This document shows positions 22,076 through 35,336 of a DNA stretch of 64,000 nt, piece after piece. The position numbers and the translations under genes are program-made. The notes under the pieces were generated by a model. The model saw nothing but the letters and a program-made list of their open reading frames with translations, was not told the DNA's origin and did not search any database. Source of the DNA: Pseudomonadota bacterium. GTDB taxonomy: Bacteria; Pseudomonadota; Gammaproteobacteria; Burkholderiales; Casimicrobiaceae. Position 1 is the stretch's first letter, and the number at the start of each line of letters is the position of its first letter. The DNA lies in the NCBI GenBank assembly GCA_041691615.1, contig JBEPUI010000009.1, forward strand, positions 12,888 to 76,887, read 5' to 3'.

Positions 22076-23194
22076 CTATTTGAGCTGGTCCTTCAACAGG
22101 CCCAGGATCTTGTCGCCGACCGGCGTGTTGTCGTGGGTGCCGTTCGCATCCTGCACGCTGACGAGACTGCGCGGCGACGCGTCGGCGACCAGCACACGGT
22201 ACTGCTCGGGCTTGTCCTTGTCGTCGGACTTCCAGAACATGAGCTTCGACAGGAATCCTTTTTCGCGATCCTTCTTCGACATGTCGGCTTCGGGGTCGGC
22301 GTAGCGCACGTAGTAGAGCCCCTTCGAGCGGTCGCGATCTACGACGGTGAAGCCGCTGCGGTCGAGCGCCAGGCCCACGCGCCGCCACGCGCGGTCGAAC
22401 GAATCGTCGACGATCAGCTGTGACGCGCCATCGTTGGCCTTTTCGATATGGGCGCGGTCGGGCTGCGCGGTCGACTGCGCGATCGCCGCTTCGGCCTGCG
22501 GCGCGGGCGTGCCGAAGCGCACCATCAGTCGCGAGAGCATGTCCGCCTCGAGCTCGGGATTCTCGGGCGTCGGCGCCCACGCGAAGGCGGCCGGTGACGA
22601 ATTGTCGATCTTGCCCGTCGGCAATTGCTCCATGCCGCGATGCGAGATATAGATTTCGACGGTACCCTGCTCGGTGCCCACCTCGATGCGCGAGCGGAAC
22701 TTGTCGCGCTTGTAAGTCGAGTAGAACACGTCCAGGTACTTTCCCACGTACTTGCGCAAGAGGTCGTCGGGCACCTGCGCGCGGTTTTCCGCCCAGTCCG
22801 TCTCCATCACCCCCAGCGTCGGCTGCTCGCTGGCGATGACGAACCCCTGCTCGGTCCAGAACTGGCGAGTTTGTGCCCACGCCTGGTCGGCGGTGGCCTT
22901 GACCACCAGCCAGCGCTCGTTGCCGGCGCGTGCGATGCGTGCGTCCGGATTCTTAGGCAGCAACTCGACGTTGCGTGGCCGCGTCGCATCCTGTTGCGCG
23001 AGGCCGCTCGCGGTGTTGACCGTATAGCGATCGTCGAAGCGCGGCGTCGACAGGTCGGGCGGGATTTCCAGCGGCGGCGCGTTGGACACCGATTTGTAGT
23101 CGATGCGCTTGCCGGGAGAGGTCTCGCAGCCAGAAAGCGCCGCCGCCGCGACCAGCAGCGAGAGGAGCGCGGCGTGCCGCGCGAGCGAATTCAT
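22076..23194 (-). CDS. bamC: Outer membrane assembly lipoprotein BamC (NlpB/DapX)
   Basis: Lipobox LSGC, LEIPPDL, METDWAENRA; directly after dapA. Confidence 0.9.
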   Translation of the reverse strand: MNSLARHAALLSLLVAAAALSGCETSPGKRIDYKSVSNAPPLEIPPDLSTPRFDDRYTVNTASGLAQQDATRPRNVELLPKNPDARIARAGNERWLVVKATADQAWAQTRQFWTEQGFVIASEQPTLGVMETDWAENRAQVPDDLLRKYVGKYLDVFYSTYKRDKFRSRIEVGTEQGTVEIYISHRGMEQLPTGKIDNSSPAAFAWAPTPENPELEADMLSRLMVRFGTPAPQAEAAIAQSTAQPDRAHIEKANDGASQLIVDDSFDRAWRRVGLALDRSGFTVVDRDRSKGLYYVRYADPEADMSKKDREKGFLSKLMFWKSDDKDKPEQYRVLVADASPRSLVSVQDANGTHDNTPVGDKILGLLKDQLK

Positions 23195-23222
23195 TGCAAC
23201 CATTGGAGTTGAACTTCCTGCG

Positions 23223-24122
23223 TCAGGCGACAGCGCCCGCTTCACGCATTGCGGCGCGGACGACGTCGTGGAATTGCGGGGAAAGCGGCACCATCGGCAG
23301 CCGCAACGCGTTGCGAATCTTGCCCAGCTGGGCAAGGCCCCATTTGACGGCGATGGGGTTGGCCTCGACAAAGAGCTTGGTATGCAGCGACATCAGGCGA
23401 TCGTTCTGCGCACGCGCCGCGGCGACGTCGCCTGCGAGCGCGCTCGCGCACATCGCTGCCATCGCGCGCGGGGCCAGGTTGGCCGAGACCGAAATCACGC
23501 CATGTCCGCCCAGCAGCATGTACGGCAACGCGGTGTCGTCATTGCCCGAGTAAAACGCGAACTGCGGCTTCGACTTGAGCCGTTTCACGAGCTCGACGTG
23601 GCGCACGAGGTCACCGGTCGCGTCCTTGATGCCCGCGATGTTGGGCAGGTCCGCGAGCCGCACGACCGTGTCGTTGCCCAGATCGCAGCCGGTGCGCCCC
23701 GGCACGTTGTACAGGATCAGCGGCAATTCGGCGCGCTCGGCGATCGCGCGAAAATGCTGGTAGAGACCTTCCTGCGTCGGCTTGTTGTAATACGGGACGA
23801 CCGACAGGCCGCAGGTGGCGCCGACTTTCCTGGCATAGTCGGTGAGGGCAATCGCCTCGGCGGTGCTGTTGGCGCCCGTTCCTGCGATCACCGGCACGCG
23901 GCCGCCCGCGTGCTCGACGGCCGTGCGGATCAGCAACTGATGCTCGTCGACGCTGACCGTCGGCGATTCGCCGGTGGTGCCGACGATGACGATCGCCGCC
24001 GTGCCTTCTGCGATTTGCCAGTCGATCAGCTTGCGCAGCGCCGGCAGGTCGAGCGCGCCGTCGTCCTGCATCGGCGTGACGATTGCAACGAGGCTTCCGG
24101 CGACGGGACGAGATTGCGGCAT
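23223..24122 (-). CDS. dapA: 4-hydroxy-tetrahydrodipicolinate synthase
   Basis: [30 protein letters not shown]. Confidence 0.96.
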   Translation of the reverse strand: MPQSRPVAGSLVAIVTPMQDDGALDLPALRKLIDWQIAEGTAAIVIVGTTGESPTVSVDEHQLLIRTAVEHAGGRVPVIAGTGANSTAEAIALTDYARKVGATCGLSVVPYYNKPTQEGLYQHFRAIAERAELPLILYNVPGRTGCDLGNDTVVRLADLPNIAGIKDATGDLVRHVELVKRLKSKPQFAFYSGNDDTALPYMLLGGHGVISVSANLAPRAMAAMCASALAGDVAAARAQNDRLMSLHTKLFVEANPIAVKWGLAQLGKIRNALRLPMVPLSPQFHDVVRAAMREAGAVA

Positions 24123-24172
24123 AACTCGCGATTTTACCTGATTCGACTGCTCCCCCAAGAGGCTGGGGCGGG

Positions 24173-24736
24173 TCACGCCGCCAGCGGTGGCGGCCATGCG
24201 CTGCGTCCGACGGCGGCGATGCGCTGCACGACGGCGTTTGTACCGTACTGCGGCGTCACGCCTTGCTCGAACGCGACCACGGTCATCCGGTCGCGCACCA
24301 ATGCCAGCAACTCGCCGTCGCGCAACAGGTACGCGGGATTGGAGGGACGCCCGAACGCTTCGTTCCCTTCGGCGAACGTTTCATAGATCAGCACGCCGCC
24401 CTCCCCCAGTACCTCGAGCAGGTTGGACAGCCGGGGCCGGTAGAGATAGTGCACGCAGACCACTGCGTCGAAGCGTTCGCCTTGCAGCGGCCAGACGTCG
24501 CCTTCGAGATCGGCGACGCGCGTGACGATTCCCGTGCGGTCGGCGAACGACGCGAGCGCCGCGGCATCGCGGTCGACGGCGAGCACACGCGCACCGCGTG
24601 CTGCCAGGAAGATCGACTGCCGGCCGTGGCCCGCCGCGACATCCAGCACGCGTGCGCCGGGCGCGATCATCGTCGCGTGGCGCTCGACCCACGCGGAGGG
24701 GGACAATCCGAAAAGCGGGTTGGAAACCTGGGTCAT
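24173..24736 (-). CDS. Class I SAM-dependent methyltransferase
   Basis: [19 protein letters not shown]...PSNP.YLL. Confidence 0.82.
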   Translation of the reverse strand: MTQVSNPLFGLSPSAWVERHATMIAPGARVLDVAAGHGRQSIFLAARGARVLAVDRDAAALASFADRTGIVTRVADLEGDVWPLQGERFDAVVCVHYLYRPRLSNLLEVLGEGGVLIYETFAEGNEAFGRPSNPAYLLRDGELLALVRDRMTVVAFEQGVTPQYGTNAVVQRIAAVGRSAWPPPLAA

Positions 24737-25749
24737 TGTCTGCGCGAAGCGTTACGGTTCGTGGAATCGCGGCTGTGCGGTTGCGCCTTGCGGGATCTCG
24801 CGACGGCCGCCGCCGCGACCGGAAGGTCGGCGCGCGTCGCCGCGGCCTCGTCGGCGAGCCACGCGACGAATGCCTGCACATCGGCGCGCGATTCGGCGTG
24901 CGGCGCGACCAGCGCGTAGTAACCGCGGTTCGAATCGTAGCGCTTGGCAAACGGCGCGACCAGCCTTCCGTCGCGCAGCGGCTCGGCAAGCAGCGGCAGC
25001 CGCCCGAGCGCGATGCCCTGGCCCGCCACCGCAGCCTGGATCACCTGGTCGTACATGCGAAACCGGAGCGATCCCGCAGGCTTGAGGTTCGGCTCGCCAT
25101 TGGCCGCCAGCCACGCGGGCCAATTGAGCCACGGCAGCATGCCGTCGGAATCGTCGAGGTGCAGCAGCACGTGCTTGGCGAGGTCGGCGGGCCGCGCCAG
25201 CGGCGTCCGGGGGTCGCGCAGCACCGCGGGGCTCGCCACCGGCAGCAGGCGTTCCCCGAACATTCGCGCCGCGCCCTCCGGAACGTTGCGCTCCGACAGG
25301 TAGCGGACGGCGACATCGACCTCGCCACGTGCGAGGTCGATCGTGCGATCGTCCGCCGAAACGAACACTTCGATGTCCGGATGGCGCACGCGAAATGACG
25401 CGAGCCGCGGGATGATCCACAAAGACGCGAACGACACCGTCGTGGTGAGAATCACGCCCGGTTCGCGCGTGCGTCCACGTGCGACTTCCGCGGCGTCGGC
25501 TACCGCGCGCAGGTTGGCGGTGATCGAGCGGTGGAATCCCTCGCCGGCGGCCGTGAGCACGAGCGCGCGATGGCGCCGTTCGAACAACGCGACGCCCAGC
25601 GCATCCTCGAGCGCCTTGACCTGACGCGACAGCGCCGACTGGGTGACGAACAGCTCCGCGGCCGCGCGGGTGAACGACAGCGTTCGCCCCGCCGCCTCAA
25701 ACCCCCGCAGGAAGTCCAGTGACGGCAGCTCGCGCAACGTTTTATGCAT
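24733..25749 (-). CDS. LysR-family regulator (GcvA-like)
   Basis: LSFTRAAAELFVTQSALSRQVKALE HTH motif; stop overlaps the methyltransferase start. Confidence 0.92.
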   Translation of the reverse strand: MHKTLRELPSLDFLRGFEAAGRTLSFTRAAAELFVTQSALSRQVKALEDALGVALFERRHRALVLTAAGEGFHRSITANLRAVADAAEVARGRTREPGVILTTTVSFASLWIIPRLASFRVRHPDIEVFVSADDRTIDLARGEVDVAVRYLSERNVPEGAARMFGERLLPVASPAVLRDPRTPLARPADLAKHVLLHLDDSDGMLPWLNWPAWLAANGEPNLKPAGSLRFRMYDQVIQAAVAGQGIALGRLPLLAEPLRDGRLVAPFAKRYDSNRGYYALVAPHAESRADVQAFVAWLADEAAATRADLPVAAAAVARSRKAQPHSRDSTNRNASRRQ

Positions 25750-25846
25750 GATCTCTGCGCATGCGAGACGTTCCCATTGGTCGTTTGAAGGAATACGCGG
25801 CGGGCCTTACTGTTCGTTTCATGCGGCATCCATCAAACGGTGCCGG

Positions 25847-25891
25847 GCGGGCACCGGATCCATGAATTCTACGCATCAATCCGGTGCCCGC
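25847..25891. promoter_or_regulatory. Perfect 13-bp inverted repeat upstream of the DUF2917 RBS
   Basis: gcgggcaccggat (25847-25859) and atccggtgcccgc (25879-25891), 19-nt spacer. Confidence 0.55.
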
Positions 25892-25909
25892 AAACTCAAG
25901 GAGAACTCC

Positions 25910-26227
25910 ATGCTTTGCGAAGGCTATACCAAGACACTCGACCTGACCCACGGCGACCTCGTCAAGCTTGACGACGCGCGCGGCACGACGCTTCGCGTTA
26001 CGCGCGGCACGTTATGGGTGACGCAGGAACACGACCACCGCGACGTGATGCTCAACGCCGGCGACGTGTGGACTGTCGAACGCGACGGGCTCACGCTGGT
26101 CGAGGCACAGACCCGCGCCGGTTTGTGCCTGGTCGGCCCGGGTGCCGAACCCGCTCATGTCCGCGAGCGCAGCATCAGCGGCGCCGATCGCTTGCGCTCG
26201 CTCTTTGCGCGGTGGGTCGCGGTCTGA
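25910..26227 (+). CDS. DUF2917-like small cupin protein
   Basis: LRVTRGTLWVTQE....DVML.AGD; SD aaggag; divergent from LysR. Confidence 0.8.
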   Translation: MLCEGYTKTLDLTHGDLVKLDDARGTTLRVTRGTLWVTQEHDHRDVMLNAGDVWTVERDGLTLVEAQTRAGLCLVGPGAEPAHVRERSISGADRLRSLFARWVAV

Positions 26228-26417
26228 TCTGCCGCGGCGCACGGCGCCCGGCGCTCGCGCGGGCGACGCGTGTTCGCCATGCAACGCGATGCGCGTGACC
26301 ACGTATAGGCACAGGGTGCCGGCGAGCGCGGCGCCGCCGCGGTTCGCGCCGCCGCGGTTCGCAACGTCGCTGCGATTCGGCTCGACCATGGCTCGTTCTT
26401 TGACGAACCCGATCGCG

Positions 26418-26453
26418 AATGCAAACGGCGCGATTGCTCGCGCCGTTTGCATT
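26418..26453. terminator. 16-bp perfect hairpin downstream of clpB, probable terminator
   Basis: aatgcaaacggcgcga-ttgc-tcgcgccgtttgcatt, 16 nt beyond the clpB stop. Confidence 0.7.
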
Positions 26454-26469
26454 TCCAGAACCGCATGGG

Positions 26470-29061
<2,592 letters not shown>

Positions 29062-29097
29062 GGGCGGAATCGTCGGCAAAAAGGGATTATCGACCGC

Positions 29098-29125
29098 AGA
29101 TGGGGCGATGGCCTCAATATTCAAC
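29098..29125 (-). promoter_or_regulatory. Sigma32 (RpoH) heat-shock promoter of clpB
   Basis: Minus strand GTTGAA-N14-CCCCATCT, matching the CTTGAA-N13/17-CCCCATnT consensus, 36 nt before the clpB ATG. Confidence 0.8.
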
Positions 29126-29308
29126 CGTTTTTGGCTGTTTCCGGGCGATCCGCGCCCCGCGTGCGACGACCATTCGATCCCCCAAAGCCGACTCGGCGCT
29201 TTGGCGCCCGCGCTGGTGACAGCAGCCGACCGCGAGTCGCACGCCGTGATAAGGTTGGTGACGCCCGGGCGGATCGCATTCCGGCGCTCGAATGACGCGC
29301 GACCCCCA

Positions 29309-29557
29309 ATGTCCGAACTGCCTCCACCCGACTGCGCTGCACCGTTGCCGACACCCTCCGGCGACGCGCCGCCGCGCGCGTCGTTCGGTCAAGTGGTGGT
29401 CGCGGTGTTGTGGAGTTTCTTCGGCGTGCGCAAGGGCCTCGATCTGCATCGCGATGCCGCGTCCATCCGGCCGCTGCAGCTCATCGTCATCGGCGTCGGC
29501 ATGGCCGCGCTGCTGGTCATCGGCTTGTTGGTGCTCGTGCATTTCATCGTGCACTGA
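29309..29557 (+). CDS. DUF2970-like small membrane protein
   Basis: [12 protein letters not shown]...D....P...I..G motif. Confidence 0.8.
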   Translation: MSELPPPDCAAPLPTPSGDAPPRASFGQVVVAVLWSFFGVRKGLDLHRDAASIRPLQLIVIGVGMAALLVIGLLVLVHFIVH

Positions 29558-29601
29558 ACCCGTCCGCCGCATTCGCGCCACGCCACGGTTCTCGCCTGCG
29601 C

Positions 29602-30846
29602 TTAGCGCGGCCGCGCGACCACCTGCGAAACGATGACTGCGGCGCGGGCGAGCTCGTCGGCCGTGGTGAGGATGTCCGGGCACAGGCGCAGCGATTGGTC
29701 GCGAACGTCGGCCACCAGCCCCAGCCGTTCCAGCGCCACATCGATGCCGGCGCCTTCGGCGACGCGCACCACGACGAATGCCCCGCGATCATCGCTGCCA
29801 CCAATCGCCTCGATGCCTGCATCGGCGAGTGCCTCGACCAATTGCCGCTGCAATCGCAGCGAATGCTCGCGGATGCGGTCGACGCCGATCGCCAGCACCA
29901 ACGCCTGTCCGGCGCGCGACTGGAAATAAGTGAGGACCGGCGGAGTCGATTCGAGCCAACCGTCGCCTCCTTCCGCGAATCGCGGCGGATCCGTGCGCGC
30001 GAACGCGAGCGCCTGCGACTTGGCGAACCATCCGATGTCGAGAGTCGCCGTATGCGAGACCAACACATCCGGCGCCACAAAGAGGAAACATGCGCCAGGT
30101 CCGCCACGCAGGTACTTGTAGCTGCCGCCCACCGCATAGTCGACGCCCAAGGCGGCAACGTCGACGTCGAACACGCCGAGCGAATGGTAGACATCGAGGA
30201 CAATCCTTGCGCTCGACGCATGTGCCGCCGCCACGATTGCCGGCAGGTCGATGATCCGCTGGCCCGTAACGAACATAACCTGGCTCAGCACCACCAGGTC
30301 GCAGCCGCGGCGGATGGCGGCAAGGATGTCATCCGTGCGATAGCGATAGTCGGCGCGCGGCTCTGCCCAGTCGATCGATATCCGGCCGCGGCGCGCGTAC
30401 TCCCGCAAGATCACGTCCAGCGAATCGAATTCGCCGGCGGTGCTGACCACGCGCGCGACGGCGTCGAACGTGTTCAGTACCGCCCGCAATCCCTGTCCCG
30501 CGCTGGACTTGGGAACGATGCAGTCGGCACGCGGCGCGTGCATCAGCCGCGCGAGTCGCGCGCGAAACGCATCGTGCTCGGCCATCCATGCATCCCACGC
30601 GCCGCCCATCCCCGCGTACCAGGGGTCGAGGCCTTCGCGGACATCGTCGGCCATGGCGTCGAGCGGGCGGCCCAGCGAATGATTCGCGAGGTAGATGCGC
30701 CCGGCGTACGCGTCGCGGTGCCGCGCGAAGAGGGGTGCGACGTGGCGTTGCAACGATTGCTCGTCGAGCGCGCCCGCGGGCATCGCCGCGACCGCCCTGC
30801 CAATCGGCGAAGCGTCGCGGGCGACGGGAATCGCAGGTGTGGTCAC
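29602..30846 (-). CDS. kynU: Kynureninase-like class V PLP enzyme
   Basis: [29 protein letters not shown] (PLP Lys), GWFA. GTG start overlapping the kynA stop is inferred; alternative ATG at 30783. Confidence 0.75.
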   Translation of the reverse strand: MTTPAIPVARDASPIGRAVAAMPAGALDEQSLQRHVAPLFARHRDAYAGRIYLANHSLGRPLDAMADDVREGLDPWYAGMGGAWDAWMAEHDAFRARLARLMHAPRADCIVPKSSAGQGLRAVLNTFDAVARVVSTAGEFDSLDVILREYARRGRISIDWAEPRADYRYRTDDILAAIRRGCDLVVLSQVMFVTGQRIIDLPAIVAAAHASSARIVLDVYHSLGVFDVDVAALGVDYAVGGSYKYLRGGPGACFLFVAPDVLVSHTATLDIGWFAKSQALAFARTDPPRFAEGGDGWLESTPPVLTYFQSRAGQALVLAIGVDRIREHSLRLQRQLVEALADAGIEAIGGSDDRGAFVVVRVAEGAGIDVALERLGLVADVRDQSLRLCPDILTTADELARAAVIVSQVVARPR

Positions 30847-31715
30847 GCCGCCGGCGACGCGGGCGCGCCGATCACGGAACGTACGTCGATGAGCTCCGGG
30901 AAAAAACTCGCGGACAGCGCATTGCGCAGGAACTCGACGCCGGACGATCCACCGGTGCCGCGCTTGTGGCCGATGATGCGCTCGACGGTCTTCATGTGGC
31001 GGAAGCGCCAAAGTTGGAAGCTCTCCTCGACGTCCACCAGTTTTTCGCACATGTCGTACGCGTCCCACCATTTCGCGGGATCCTCGTAAACGATCCTGAG
31101 AACCTGCACCAGCGCGGCACTGCGCACCCATGGCTGCGTGACGTCTCGCGCGATGCATTCCGCCGGCACCGGCAGGCCGCGGCGCGCCAGGTGGCGGACG
31201 AACTCGTCATACAGGGAAGGGGCGTGCAACAGTTCGGAAAGTTCGGCATGCGCGACGGCATCGTGGCGAAACACGTCGAGCATCGCCGCGTTCTTGTTGC
31301 CCAGCAGGAACTCGATCGCGCGATATTGCGCCGACTGGAATCCCGACGAGCTCGCAAGCGCCGGACGCAATGCATCGTATTCGGACGGCGTCAGCGTTTC
31401 GAGCACCGCCCACTGCTCGAACAGTTGCCGCTGGATCAGCTTGACCCGCGCCAGGATCTTGAAATTCGGTTGCAGGCGATCGGACTTGACATGGCGGATC
31501 GCTGCCTTCAATTCGTGGATCAGGAGCTTCATCCACAGTTCCGACGTCTGGTGCTGGATGATGAACAGCATCTCGTCGTGCAGCGGTGTGCCATGAGCAT
31601 CGGACGATCGTGCTTGCTGCGCGGCGAGCAACCGATCGAGCCGCAGGTAAGCGGCATAAGTCAGGCGCCCTTCGAGATCGGTGACGATGCCCGGTTCGAG
31701 CGGTGGATGTGCCAT
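30843..31715 (-). CDS. kynA: Tryptophan 2,3-dioxygenase
   Basis: [48 protein letters not shown]. Confidence 0.96.
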   Translation of the reverse strand: MAHPPLEPGIVTDLEGRLTYAAYLRLDRLLAAQQARSSDAHGTPLHDEMLFIIQHQTSELWMKLLIHELKAAIRHVKSDRLQPNFKILARVKLIQRQLFEQWAVLETLTPSEYDALRPALASSSGFQSAQYRAIEFLLGNKNAAMLDVFRHDAVAHAELSELLHAPSLYDEFVRHLARRGLPVPAECIARDVTQPWVRSAALVQVLRIVYEDPAKWWDAYDMCEKLVDVEESFQLWRFRHMKTVERIIGHKRGTGGSSGVEFLRNALSASFFPELIDVRSVIGAPASPAA

Positions 31716-31827
31716 GGCTTGAATTAAGCGTCCTGACGATGGCCGAGTATAGACCGCACCCATCGCGGTTCGTCACCGCAATCCGTCGATTGGTCGAACA
31801 CCCGGTACACGGCCGCCCGCGTTTGCT

Positions 31828-33320
31828 ATGATCCGCGCCGCGATGAATTTTAGAGTCCCCCTCGTCGGCGTGCTGCCTGCAATGCTGGTCCTGGTACTGG
31901 CAGGGTGCGAGAACACCGATATTCCCAAGCGCACGCTGGCGCTCGCCGATTGCCACCTGCCGAAGCTGTCGCAGACGTTGCAGTGCGGCTCGCTCGAAGT
32001 GCCGGAGAATCGCGCCAAGCCGCAGGGACGCAAGCTCTCGATTTCGGTGGTGATACTGCCGGCCAACACGCTGTCGCCGAAACCCGATCCGTTGTTCGTG
32101 CTTGCGGGCGGCCCGGGCCAGGCCGCATCGTCGATCGCCGATTTCGCAGCGCTGTTGACCGATGTCCGCACCACACGCGACATCGTGCTGGTGGACCAGC
32201 GCGGTACCGGTCGATCGTCGCCGCTCGAGTGCGAAGCGCTCAAGCCGGAGCGCGACTTGGCGGCGGCGCTCGAAATCGATCCGATTCCGAAGGCCCGCGC
32301 CTGTGCCGCCGAGCTCGCCGGCAAGGGCATCGATCTCGCGCAATATACGACGGACGCGTTCATCGACGACCTCGAGGATGTGCGCGCCGCGCTCGCCTAC
32401 CCGCGCATCAACCTGTGGGGCGGCAGCTACGGCACGCGCGCCGCACAACAATACCTGCGGCGCCATGCGGACGTGATCCGCAGCGTGGTGCTGGACGGGG
32501 TCGCGCCGCCATCGCTGATCGTCAGCCTCGACGTGTGGCCCAGCCGCGAGCACGCGGTCGACGCGGTGATCGCCGCCTGCCGGCAGTCGACACCCTGCAA
32601 TGCCGCTCATCCCGACATCCAGGGGTCGCTGGACGCAATCTCGGCCGCGCTCGGGCCCACCGGCAAGGACATCACGCTTGCGCTGCCGCGCACCGGAAAG
32701 ACTGCAACGGTTCACGTGACCTTCATGGCGGTGCTGGGCGCATTGCAGCCCGTCGTCTACCAGCCGGAAATGGGCTCGATGCTGCCGCAGATCCTCGCGC
32801 GCGCGAAAGTCGGCGACTTCGCGCCGCTGGCGGCGACTTTGTCGCTGCTCGACCAAAGCACCGAAAACGAGCTCAACGCCGCGTTGCACTACTCGGTAAC
32901 CTGCGCCGAGGACGTCCCGCGGATCACGCCGGAATCGCGCGTTCGTGCACTCGCCGGCTTGCGCTCGGCTGGGCTTGTCGAGAGCGTGATCGAAGTCTGC
33001 GGCGTCTGGCCGCGTGGCGCGATGGCTGCCGACTTCGCAACGCCGGTCGCAAGCGAGGTACCCGTGCTGTTGCTGTCGGGCGGCCTCGATCCGGTCACGC
33101 CGCCGGCCTACGCCGACGAGGTGGCGCGCGGCCTCAAGCACGCCAAGTCCATCGTCGCGCCTGGCTACGGCCACATCGTGTCATCGCACGGTTGTGCGCC
33201 ACGTCTCGTCGCCCGCTTCATCGATACCGCCGGGTTCGCCACGCTGCCGCAATCGTGCATCGATCGCCTGCAGCAGAGTACGCGGCCCTATGTCTGGCCC
33301 GACGGACTGGATGCCAAGCC

Positions 33321-33324
<4 letters not shown>
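31828..33324 (+). CDS. Alpha/beta-hydrolase lipoprotein, TAP-like (S33) peptidase
   Basis: Lipobox LAGC, LAGGPG, DQRGTG, GGSYG nucleophile, DPVTP, GYGH. Confidence 0.85.
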
Positions 33325-34064
<740 letters not shown>

Positions 34065-34080
34065 CGATGAGTACCCGGCC

Positions 34081-35253
34081 ATGCTGAATCGAATCATCGC
34101 CGTCGCGCGCAAGGAACTGACCGACGCGTCGCGCGACCGTCGCACGCTGATGATGACGACGATCTCTGCTGCACTGGCGGGCCCGATCTTCCTGATGTTG
34201 ATCTTCAACCTGATCGCCAGCCAGGCTGAAAAGACTCGCGAGATCACGCTGGCGGTGGCCACCGCCGAACGCGCGCCGGCGCTGGTCGACTACCTGAAGC
34301 GCCAGCAGGTGACGATCACCGTCGCGCCGGCCGACTACGAAGCGCGCATTCGCGCCGGCGACCTCGACGCCGCGCTGCTGATCGACGAGAACTACGCGCG
34401 TGACGTTGCCGAAGGCCGCGCGGGCATCGTGCGCCTGGTGTTCGACCGCTCGCGTGATCGTGCACAGGCGGCGATCGCCGAGACCGAGTCGTTGTTGCGC
34501 GGCTATGGCCGGTTTTGGGGTACGCAGCGCCTGCTGTTGCGCGGCCTCGCGCCCACGGTTGTCAACCCCCTCGAGCTGCGCGAAGTGAATCTCGCCACGC
34601 CGCGGCAATCGGGCGCGCTGGTGCTATTCCTCGTCGCGTTCTATGGATTGATGTCGGCAATCATCGGCGGCATGGCCTTCGCGCTCGAAGCCACGGCCGG
34701 CGAGCGCGAGCGAGCATCGCTCGAGCCACTGCTGATGACGCCCGCGTCAACGCTGGAAATCGCCGTCGGCAAGTGGGTGTCGCTGGCGCTGTTCGTGCTG
34801 CTGATCGTGTTCATCACGATCGGAGGGTTCTACATGACGCTCGCCTACGCGCCATTGCCTGCCGTCGGGGTTCCCTTCCTGTTCAGCGCGCGCGACATGT
34901 TCCGATTCATGGCCGTACTGCTGCCGTTGATCGCATTGATGCCCGCCGTCCTGCTGTGGCTCGGCAGCCGCGGCCGGTCGATCCGCGAAGCGCAGGCGAA
35001 CACGCAGTTGCTGCTGTTCGTGATGTCGCTGGTCCCCGTCGCGCAAATGTTCCTGCAACGCAAGGAACCCGACTGGCTGATCTACGTGCCGGTGTCTGCC
35101 CAGTACGTGCTGCTCAACCACGTGCTGCGTGGCGACACGCTGGCCGTTGCCGATATCGCGAAAGCGGCGATCGTGCCGGCGATCCTCGCGGCGTTAGCGC
35201 TGTGGGCGTTCTCGCGAACGTGGTCGCGCGAAGCGGTGCTTGCGGGCAAATAG
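34081..35253 (+). CDS. ABC-2 permease (NatB-like)
   Basis: RKELTD..RD.R, AGERER.SLEPLL.TP, GK. Confidence 0.88.
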   Translation: MLNRIIAVARKELTDASRDRRTLMMTTISAALAGPIFLMLIFNLIASQAEKTREITLAVATAERAPALVDYLKRQQVTITVAPADYEARIRAGDLDAALLIDENYARDVAEGRAGIVRLVFDRSRDRAQAAIAETESLLRGYGRFWGTQRLLLRGLAPTVVNPLELREVNLATPRQSGALVLFLVAFYGLMSAIIGGMAFALEATAGERERASLEPLLMTPASTLEIAVGKWVSLALFVLLIVFITIGGFYMTLAYAPLPAVGVPFLFSARDMFRFMAVLLPLIALMPAVLLWLGSRGRSIREAQANTQLLLFVMSLVPVAQMFLQRKEPDWLIYVPVSAQYVLLNHVLRGDTLAVADIAKAAIVPAILAALALWAFSRTWSREAVLAGK

Positions 35254-35336
35254 GCGATTCGCTGTTCGGATACGCGACGCGAACGCGGCGCGCGACGGCT
35301 GCGACGGGTGGTCGGCGGCACTGGTCCCCCGCGTGC

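Noticed and set aside
26228-26417. Small ORFs and a 2 x 15-bp repeat (26331-26360) between DUF2917 and clpB
   Set aside because: No convincing start, RBS or motif in any frame; likely a simple slippage duplication in intergenic DNA.
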